Source: Candidatus Aminicenantales bacterium (GTDB lineage: Bacteria; Acidobacteriota; Aminicenantia; Aminicenantales; Saccharicenantaceae). From it: a stretch of 20,000 bases of DNA. Position numbers and translations under genes: made by a program. Where the stretch lies: NCBI GenBank assembly GCA_049512315.1, contig JBEKXF010000017.1, forward strand, positions 49,018 through 69,017. Reading direction: 5' to 3'. Each line of letters begins with the position of its first letter. Position 1 is the first letter of the stretch. Of this stretch, positions 1 through 6,352 are shown piece after piece. The notes below the pieces were generated by a model. The model saw only the letters and a list, made by a program, of their open reading frames with translations, ran no database searches and was not told the DNA's origin.

Positions 1-468
1 CTCGCGTGGTCGGAGATCGACTTCCGTAACCGCCTGGTGCATGTTATCAAGACCAAGCGGAACAAGAACCGACTGATTCCGATGAACAACATCCTGTACA
101 GAACGCTTCAGGAGCTAAGGTCTGAGGCCAATGGTTCCGAGAGGGTCTATCCGTTAAAGCATGTCCAAGGCGCCTTCGAGACGGCCCGGACGAAGGCAGG
201 CCTCAGCGGGCTACGGCTTCATGACCTCCGCCACACCTTCGCTACGCGTCTCATCCAATCGGGTGTCGATGTCTTCACGGTGCAGAAGCTTCTCGGCCAC
301 AGCACGATCACGATGACCATGCGGTACGTGCACTCGTTTGAGGCCCAAATGCGTGATGCGGTGGCCCAACTCGACAAAAAGTTTGCTCAATCTCTGCTCA
401 ATTCTCAACCTGGCCTCTCCCCCACTTCGGGGGAGAGGCAGGTATCTCAAGCAGGATCAGTGAATTAA
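1..468 (+). CDS. Tyrosine recombinase/phage integrase, C-terminal catalytic part (5' end outside the window)
   Basis: The frame is open from base 1 (LAWSEIDFRNRLVHVIKTKRNKNRLIPM...). It contains the catalytic motifs TK, HDLRH (HxxR), LLGH and MTMRY (nucleophilic Tyr). Stop TAA at 466-468. Confidence 0.95.
   Translation, partial: LAWSEIDFRNRLVHVIKTKRNKNRLIPMNNILYRTLQELRSEANGSERVYPLKHVQGAFETARTKAGLSGLRLHDLRHTFATRLIQSGVDVFTVQKLLGHSTITMTMRYVHSFEAQMRDAVAQLDKKFAQSLLNSQPGLSPTSGERQVSQAGSVN
384..402 (+). repeat. Direct repeat TGCTCAAT x2 (11-bp period), candidate integrase arm-type sites
   Basis: TGCTCAAT at 384-391 and 395-402, inside the C-terminal tail of the integrase and about 75 bp from the tRNA. 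Confidence 0.5.
413..439. repeat. Perfect 11-bp inverted repeat (hairpin) in the integrase 3' end
   Basis: GCCTCTCCCCC-ACTTC-GGGGGAGAGGC, with no U-tract on either side. Confidence 0.7.
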
Positions 469-476
469 CCATGAAC

Positions 477-571
477 GGGAGGGTCAAGGTCCCGGTGGGC
501 CTTCCGGACTTCAAATCCGGTATGGGGCTATCAACGTCCCGGGTGGGTTCGACTCCCACACCTTCCCGCCA
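477..571 (+). tRNA. selC: tRNA-Sec (selenocysteine, anticodon TCA), 95 nt
   Basis: 8-bp acceptor stem GGGAGGGT/ACCTTCCC followed by GCCA. Long D stem AAGGTCC/GGGCCTT with a 4-nt loop. Anticodon arm CCGGA-CT-TCA-AA-TCCGG (TCA at 511-513). Long variable arm TGGGGC/GTCCCG. T arm GTGGG-TTCGACT-CCCAC. This is the bacterial 8/5 tRNA-Sec fold. Confidence 0.97.
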
Positions 572-591
572 CTCCCTCTGATAAAGCGCAA

Positions 592-604
592 TATCAGCGA
601 CTTA
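592..604 (+). promoter_or_regulatory. IHF-binding-site consensus match just downstream of selC
   Basis: TATCAGCGACTTA matches WATCARNNNNTTR and lies 20 nt after the tRNA CCA end, a common position in att arms. Confidence 0.5.
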
Positions 605-642
605 ACAGATCTATCCGCGGTCCCGGCTGCTCGTTTCGGAGC

Positions 643-672
643 TTATGCGGTTTTATGCGATTTTAAGCCATT
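643..672 (+). repeat. Three imperfect 10-bp tandem direct repeats, candidate Xis/RDF sites
   Basis: TTATGCGGTT / TTATGCGATT / TTAAGCCATT in helical phase. Confidence 0.45.
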
Positions 673-745
673 TTCTGATGTGGGATGGGACGTCAAAAAC
701 ACGCCAGTTGGTTTCGACCAGGGAAGAGGCCGGGGAAGGCAGGGC

Positions 746-784
746 AAAAAAAGCCCCCTTCCCCCCGGTGGGGGGAGGGGCTTT
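746..784 (-). terminator. Rho-independent terminator of the TonB-dependent receptor gene
   Basis: The minus strand reads AAAGCCCCTCCCCCC-ACC-GGGGGGAAGGGGGC-TTTTTTT, about 27 nt after the stop codon. Confidence 0.85.
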
Positions 785-811
785 GAGCTTCTGCTTCTGC
801 GAGGGATCAGC

Positions 812-3800
812 TCAGAACTGGAACCGGACGCCTAACCGCATGACAAGGGGGTTCAGGATCTCGTAGGCCTGGTAGTTGTGGGCATAGGGCGAGAAGCTTG
901 TCGTCCCGTCCGTGTAGATGTAGTACGTGCCTTCCCTCATGTCGTACCGTCTGTTGATGGTGGCGGCGTTGGTCACGTTGAAGGCGTCGGCCATGAGGTA
1001 GATGCGGCCGGTATCGCCGAGCTTGATCATCTTCTCGAGGCGCAGGTTCAGCTGGTAGAAGGTGGGGAGCTTCGTCGTCCCGAAGATATCTAGATAGGCC
1101 TGGCGGTAAGGCTTGACTTGGGTCAGCGGGTTGGGCCACGTGTAGTCGACGATGTACATATAGTGAGGGATAGGATGGCCGGCGCGGGCGTTAAAGGTGA
1201 AGGAGATGTCGAAGCCCAGGGGCAGTTGGTAGAGGCCCTCGAGCTTGAGCAACCAGGGGGAGAAGATGTACGCGTCGACAATCTTCCCCGAGCTCAGCCC
1301 CATGGCCGGAGCAAAGAGTTGGTCCTGCAGAGCCCAGAGATTCGTCGCGTCTATATAGCCGTTGCCGTAATGATACTTCTGGCCCTGGTAGGACACGGAG
1401 CCGTCCAGCATCCACTTGTTGGACAGCCGCTTGTTGAAGCTGAGGTCAATGCCCCAGTATGTTTCGTAGTCGGTATTGAGCGTGTGGTAGGAGTACGGGG
1501 TGCCGGTATACGTGGGATCCAGCATGTAGACCGTGTGTCCGGGGCCGGCGCCCAGGCTGACGGTATGCGTACCACTATCATCCGTGTAAGTGATCGTCGA
1601 CGGGATCGTGGCGGCGGAGTCGGGAAGGCTAGCGTCCGGGCCCAGGATCACATTCTGGCCATCGATACTGTAGTTACCGTACGGGCCATCGGCGTAATAG
1701 GCGGGATCCCAGCTGAAGTGGTTGTACTTTCTATAGGTGGCGTTCAGGCTGACGCTGAAGTCGGGCAGGAGCTCGTGATCGATCGTGAACAGCAGCTCCC
1801 AAGTCCGGGAGGAACCGGCCTTCGGATCCACCGTATAAGCCGAAGGCCCGGCCGTCGAGGAATTGGGGGTAAAGCCCCACCATTGGTTGAACTGGGTGTT
1901 GTCACGGTAAACCGGATTCACCGCGCCGTCGACGATCAAGGGGATGGGGGCATAGGTCGTTGGGTCGTTGCCGTAGAGCTCGTTGGCTTGGGCCTTACCG
2001 TCGCCGTTAGCATCCCGCCACCAGAAGTACATCTGGGCGCCGCCTCCAAAGTATGGTGGGGCGCCATAGGGGTTGAAGAGGTAGTTCGAAGAACTCGTGC
2101 CCATGAAGTCGCCGTACATGGAAGCGCTCAGCTTGAGGATGGTCTTGCCGGTGCCGAAGAGATCATAGGTGATCCCGAGGCGGGGAGACAAGACATTCCA
2201 ACGGTAGTTGGGCTTGATGTTGGGGACTAGAGTGCCGGGAAAGAAGGCGGCGAGGGCCGACTTGACATCCGAGTCGAAATACTGCGCCCAGACCGGGTTG
2301 TTATCGACCGTCGTGTAATTGCTGGAGTTGATCGACGGCATCTGGCGGTCGTAGCGAATGCCCAGGAGGAAGTTGAACCGGCCGGTCGTGACGGTGTCCT
2401 GCAGGAAGGCCGACAGCTGCTTGACGCTAAAATCAAGGTTGGACGCGGCGGCGAGCATCCACTGTGTCATGCCGGGGGTGAAACCCGGATTGCCCGAGGA
2501 GGAGTCGGGGGCAAGGTCCCACCACATGTCGGGATAATTCAGATTATACATCTTCAGGAGCTGCCCGGGGGCCGTGGAGTCCGAGGTCACGCGGCGGGTC
2601 GAATACTCGACGCCCAGCTTGATTTCGTGGCTGACGCCGAACAGTTTGTCGTTGTAGTACTGGGTGTGAAAATCATAGTCATACATCGGCCGCGTGGTGA
2701 TATAGTACCCATACTCGTAGTTGACGTCATTGGTCACATCCCATTGCCACAGATTTTCCAGGTTAGGGTCATTGTGGGGGATCAGCTGGAACGAGGGGTT
2801 CGAGTAGGCGAATTTGGCGGACAGCAGGAGGTCGCTCCCGACCATCTGCTCGTCCTGCAACTTGACGATGGGCGAACCCCAGTGACCGGGCTGGCCCTGG
2901 TCGTACCCCTCCGGGTATGACGGGCCCGCGCTCCGCCCCATGAACGTCTTGCCGCCCGCAGTCCACAGGAACTCGAACCGGTTCGAGGAGATGAGCTGCA
3001 GGTTCACCTTAAAGTTATAGTTTGTGAGGAGCGGCTTCTGAAGGGTGCCAAAGGCATTGACCGCGTTGATATCCTGGACGCCGTAAGACCCCCACAGCCA
3101 GGCCCTGTCCTTGACCACCGGGCCGCCCAGGTTGAAGCCGTAGTCCTTGATCTGGTTGATCTTGTTGGTGCCCGTAAGGCCTAGAGCCCGCAGAGCAGGG
3201 GTCAGATTGCTCGCCTGGAAGGCGCTGTCGGTCAGGTAGAAACGGCCGCCGAAAGTGACCTTGTTGCCGCCGCGGCGGGTGACCATGTTCAAAGCGACGC
3301 CGCCCGTCTGGATGGTGACATCCGCGCCGCCGGTGACGATGTTCATTTCCTCGAACGCGTCGAAGTCCCAGTAACCCGGGGACGAGAGGCTGGCCGGGTC
3401 GGTGACGACGATGCCGTCAACCGCCCAGACATTGTTGTTGCCGCCGGTCGAATCGCCTTTGGCATAAAAGCCGGCCTGCTGGCCGGATTCGCTGCCGCCG
3501 ACGTTATCGCGGTCCATCTGGATCGAGGGCGCGAACATCATGACATTCCAGGGGTCTCTGGCCGTCGGCAGGGATTGCAAAGTCTCCTGGTTGACGTTCT
3601 TGCCGACCGAAGTCTTCCTGGCGTCGACCGTCGGTGTGACGGCGACGACCGTCACTTCCTCTTCCAGCTTGCCCTGCTCCAGTGTCATGTCGATCTTGGA
3701 TTGCGTTCCCAAGGTGACAATGATACCGGTCTTTTCCTGCTTCTTGAATCCCTGGAGCTCCGCCGTCAGGGCATATTTGTTGCTCGGCTCCAAAGAGATG

Positions 3801-3994
3801 AACCTGAAAATGCCCTGTTCGTCGGTGACGACGATGAAAGGGGCGCCAAACGGGGACCTCAGAGTCACGGAGACGCCCGGAAGAGGCGCGCCCTGCGTAT
3901 CGGTGATATGCCCCCAGATGGTGCCGGTCCTCACCTGAGCCGCAAGGGATGCGGAAAGAAGCAAGACAGGAAGTACGATAATGCTCTTTTTCAC
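812..3994 (-). CDS. TonB-dependent outer-membrane receptor (Oar-like) with an N-terminal carboxypeptidase-regulatory-like domain
   Basis: 1060 aa with a signal peptide. N-terminal motif GTIWGHITDTQGAPLPGVSVTL...YALTAELQGFK. Plug motifs LQSLPTARDPW and GGVALNMVTRRGGN. Barrel strands (SPRLGITYDLFGTGKTILK) and a C-terminal Phe (GVRFQF). GTG start preceded by GGAGG. Confidence 0.93.
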   Translation of the reverse strand: MKKSIIVLPVLLLSASLAAQVRTGTIWGHITDTQGAPLPGVSVTLRSPFGAPFIVVTDEQGIFRFISLEPSNKYALTAELQGFKKQEKTGIIVTLGTQSKIDMTLEQGKLEEEVTVVAVTPTVDARKTSVGKNVNQETLQSLPTARDPWNVMMFAPSIQMDRDNVGGSESGQQAGFYAKGDSTGGNNNVWAVDGIVVTDPASLSSPGYWDFDAFEEMNIVTGGADVTIQTGGVALNMVTRRGGNKVTFGGRFYLTDSAFQASNLTPALRALGLTGTNKINQIKDYGFNLGGPVVKDRAWLWGSYGVQDINAVNAFGTLQKPLLTNYNFKVNLQLISSNRFEFLWTAGGKTFMGRSAGPSYPEGYDQGQPGHWGSPIVKLQDEQMVGSDLLLSAKFAYSNPSFQLIPHNDPNLENLWQWDVTNDVNYEYGYYITTRPMYDYDFHTQYYNDKLFGVSHEIKLGVEYSTRRVTSDSTAPGQLLKMYNLNYPDMWWDLAPDSSSGNPGFTPGMTQWMLAAASNLDFSVKQLSAFLQDTVTTGRFNFLLGIRYDRQMPSINSSNYTTVDNNPVWAQYFDSDVKSALAAFFPGTLVPNIKPNYRWNVLSPRLGITYDLFGTGKTILKLSASMYGDFMGTSSSNYLFNPYGAPPYFGGGAQMYFWWRDANGDGKAQANELYGNDPTTYAPIPLIVDGAVNPVYRDNTQFNQWWGFTPNSSTAGPSAYTVDPKAGSSRTWELLFTIDHELLPDFSVSLNATYRKYNHFSWDPAYYADGPYGNYSIDGQNVILGPDASLPDSAATIPSTITYTDDSGTHTVSLGAGPGHTVYMLDPTYTGTPYSYHTLNTDYETYWGIDLSFNKRLSNKWMLDGSVSYQGQKYHYGNGYIDATNLWALQDQLFAPAMGLSSGKIVDAYIFSPWLLKLEGLYQLPLGFDISFTFNARAGHPIPHYMYIVDYTWPNPLTQVKPYRQAYLDIFGTTKLPTFYQLNLRLEKMIKLGDTGRIYLMADAFNVTNAATINRRYDMREGTYYIYTDGTTSFSPYAHNYQAYEILNPLVMRLGVRFQF

Positions 3995-4114
3995 ATTTCC
4001 TCCCTAGGCGAAGATTGCCCACTTGACCCTGGAGTGGCTGGCCACTCCTGCCATTCCCCTCCATGCGGGCCGGAAATAGAAATAATTCTCACCTCCCTTC
4101 ACGGCTTCAAATAG

Positions 4115-4130
4115 AGCAACATTCGTGCCA
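4115..4130 (-). promoter_or_regulatory. Sigma-54 (-24/-12) promoter for the TonB-dependent receptor
   Basis: Minus-strand TGGCACGAATGTTGCT matches TGGCAC-N5-TTGCW exactly, about 120 bp upstream of the start codon and correctly oriented. Confidence 0.85.
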
Positions 4131-4382
4131 TATAAACTGAGGCATGCCGATGAGTAGAACGTTGCTGAATATAAGTTGGGCCTTATCCAGTTTCTTGGCT
4201 TTTGCTCTTAGCCGGTCGGGGTCCGTGCCTTCATAAGTATCTGATGTTTCGTACGACCTTTCCTACGGATGGGCTATAGTCAGGTAGATGTGGACTTCCG
4301 CCGCAATGGAGGGAAATTCAATTAATCGGACTTATCCAAAATTCCGAAGGAAAACGGCCCATCTTTCCCGAACTGATGTTTG

Positions 4383-4477
4383 GGACCTCATCCCTAAAAA
4401 ATGGACCAAATCAGGGGGTAGGTTCAGAGATTTTCAAGCTCACATTATGTCTGGACCATTTTTAGGGGATGAGGTCC
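4383..4477. mobile_element. 95-bp miniature inverted-repeat element or internally deleted IS remnant
   Basis: GGACCTCATCCCTAAAAAATGGACCA (4383-4408) and TGGACCATTTTTAGGGGATGAGGTCC (4452-4477) are inverted repeats matching at 23/26, around a 43-bp core. The right end abuts a 5'-truncated gene. Confidence 0.6.
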
Positions 4478-4478
4478 G

Positions 4479-4715
4479 GTCCTCCTGGCCACTCCCCTCC
4501 TGGCCGCCGAAACCTACACCGGCAAGGGCATCGGCGTCACCGACGGCGACACGATCTCCGTGATGAAGTCCGACAGAGCAGTCAAGATCAGGTTGGAAGG
4601 TATAGATTGCCCGGAACTGGGTCAGGATTTTGGGACAAGGGCCAAGCAGTTCACATCTGGCATGGTGTTTGGGATGGAGGCTGCTCTCTCTACTTGGAAG
4701 CCGGCAAAATCGTAA
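4479..4715 (+). pseudogene. Thermonuclease (staphylococcal nuclease-like) gene fragment
   Basis: Not in the ORF track. The frame translates VLLATPLLAAETYTGKGIGVTDGDTISVMKSDRAVKIRLEGIDCPELGQDFGTRAKQFTSGMVFG..., with SNase motifs DGDT and RLxGIDxPE. There is no upstream start codon (in-frame TGA at 4470). Similarity is lost near 4676 and the stop is at 4713-4715, so the C-terminal half is missing. Confidence 0.88.
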
Positions 4716-4810
4716 AGGAAAGTACGGCGGGCAACGCAAACGGGCTACCAGACGTTATTGGAGGTTTAGGTCAAAAATACATTTCTAGAGGATGACCTAA
4801 CAGATGGAAC

Positions 4811-4838
4811 TTGACAATAAGCCATATTGGATTATTCT
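4811..4838 (+). promoter_or_regulatory. Sigma-70-type promoter for the kelch-repeat lipoprotein
   Basis: TTGACA-16 bp-TATTCT, 36 bp upstream of ATG 4875. Confidence 0.55.
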
Positions 4839-4874
4839 TGAGTGTCAGGAATCCATTTATTTAAAAGAGGTCGT

Positions 4875-6281
4875 ATGAAGAGCGCATTGAAGTTGCTGAT
4901 ATTAGTCTTTTCATTTTTGGCGCTGCTTTCAGCCTGCGGAGGCGGCACCGGAGCATCGCCGAATTCCTCACCGGTGCCAACCTGGATGTCCGGCAGTAAT
5001 ACCAAAAATCAGGCGGGTACCTACGGCACCCAAGGCACAGCCGCTTCGTCAAACGTCCCCGGGGCAAGGTCCGGGGCCGTGTCCTGGAGCGATTCCAGCG
5101 GCAACCTCTGGCTCTTCGGGGGATATGGCCGTGATTCGGCCGGCAATCTCGGCTATCTCAATGATCTATGGAAGTATGACCCGACAGCCCTTGAATGGAC
5201 CTGGGTATCAGGCAGTAATATAATGAATCAGATGGGCGTCTACGGTAACCAGGGCGCAGCCGCTCCGTCAAACGTCCCCGGGGCAAGACAGCATGCTGTA
5301 TCCTGGCTCGATTCCAGCGGCAGACTCTGGCTATTCGGAGGGACTGGTTTAGATTCGGCTGCCACGATTGGGCGTCTCAATGACCTGTGGAAGTATGACC
5401 CGACGACTCTTGAATGGACTTGGGTATCGGGCAGTGATAGCTTTGGTCAGAAGGGCACTTACGGCACCCAGGGCGTAGCCGCCCCGTCAAACGTCCCCGG
5501 GGCAAGGTCCGGGGCCGTATCCTGGCTCGATTCCAGCGGCAGACTCTGGCTATTCGGAGGATTGGGCTACGATTCTGCTGCCTATAATGGCGATCTCAAT
5601 GACCTGTGGGACTATGACCCCACAACCCTCGAATGGACCTGGGTATCAGGCAGTAGTGCCATAGATCAGTCCGGCACCTATGGAACAAAGGGCACAGCCG
5701 CTTCGTCAAACGTCCCCGGGGCAAGAGATGCGGCTATATCCTGGATCGATTCCAGCGGCAAACTCTGGCTCTTCGGAGGATCGGGAAATGACTCGGCTGG
5801 CACTGTCGGCCGTCTCAATGACCTGTGGAAGTATGACCCGACAGCCTTGGAATGGACCTGGGTATCAGGCAGCAATACGATCAATCAGGCGGGCACCTAC
5901 GGTACCCAGGGCACAGCCGCTTCGTCAAACGTCCCCGGGGCAAGAGATACGGCTGTATCCTGGATCGATTCCAGCGGAAAGCTCTGGCTCTTCGGGGGAT
6001 ATGGGAATGATTCGGCCGGCAGTATCGGCTATCTCAATGACCTGTGGAAGTATGACCCGGCAGCCCTTGAATGGACCTGGGTATCCGGCGGTGATACCGT
6101 AAATAAAACCGGCACCTACGGAACAAAGGGCGCGGCCGCTTCGTCGAACATCCCCGGGGCAAGAGCGAGTGCCATACCCTGGCTCGACTCCGGCGGCAAG
6201 CTCTGGCTCTTCGGGGGAGAGGGTATAGATTCGGCTGGCGCATACGGCTATCTCAACGACCTGTGGCAGTTCACCCGCTAA
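4875..6281 (+). CDS. Lipoprotein with six kelch-like repeats (beta-propeller)
   Basis: Preferred start is ATG 4875 (AAGAGG RBS). Signal peptide with lipobox LSA|C and a Gly/Ser/Pro linker. Six 73-aa repeats containing PGAR...LWLFGG...LNDLWKYDP...WTW, a kelch GG..Y..W pattern. Confidence 0.9.
   Translation: MKSALKLLILVFSFLALLSACGGGTGASPNSSPVPTWMSGSNTKNQAGTYGTQGTAASSNVPGARSGAVSWSDSSGNLWLFGGYGRDSAGNLGYLNDLWKYDPTALEWTWVSGSNIMNQMGVYGNQGAAAPSNVPGARQHAVSWLDSSGRLWLFGGTGLDSAATIGRLNDLWKYDPTTLEWTWVSGSDSFGQKGTYGTQGVAAPSNVPGARSGAVSWLDSSGRLWLFGGLGYDSAAYNGDLNDLWDYDPTTLEWTWVSGSSAIDQSGTYGTKGTAASSNVPGARDAAISWIDSSGKLWLFGGSGNDSAGTVGRLNDLWKYDPTALEWTWVSGSNTINQAGTYGTQGTAASSNVPGARDTAVSWIDSSGKLWLFGGYGNDSAGSIGYLNDLWKYDPAALEWTWVSGGDTVNKTGTYGTKGAAASSNIPGARASAIPWLDSGGKLWLFGGEGIDSAGAYGYLNDLWQFTR
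4980..6278 (+). repeat. Intragenic tandem repeat, 219-bp unit x6
   Basis: The anchor AAACGTCCCCGGGGCAAG recurs at 5051, 5270, 5489, 5708 and 5927, with a variant at 6146. Spacing is exactly 219 bp with no indels. Confidence 0.95.
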
Positions 6282-6352
6282 ATAGCTACGGGCACTCTCA
6301 ATAATCGTCACGAAGCGGCCCCGGCCGGGAGGACCCGCACCTCGGATGTCGC

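Noticed and set aside
413..439. Hairpin as an intrinsic terminator
   Set aside because: It lies inside the integrase CDS and has no U-tract in either direction, so it is reported only as an inverted repeat.
645..866. 73-aa ORF downstream of selC
   Set aside because: It runs through att-like repeats, a terminator and the receptor 3' end, with no convincing RBS or domain.
4288..4795. Track ORFs 4288-4563, 4440-4739 and 4469-4795
   Set aside because: They overlap the inverted-repeat element and the thermonuclease relic, which lies in a different, start-less frame. Their translations look non-coding.
4980..6278. Kelch repeats as a CRISPR array or a DGR template/variable repeat pair
   Set aside because: The units are contiguous, in-frame and coding, with no unique spacers. 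Differences are not evidently adenine-restricted, and no cas or reverse transcriptase gene is in the window.
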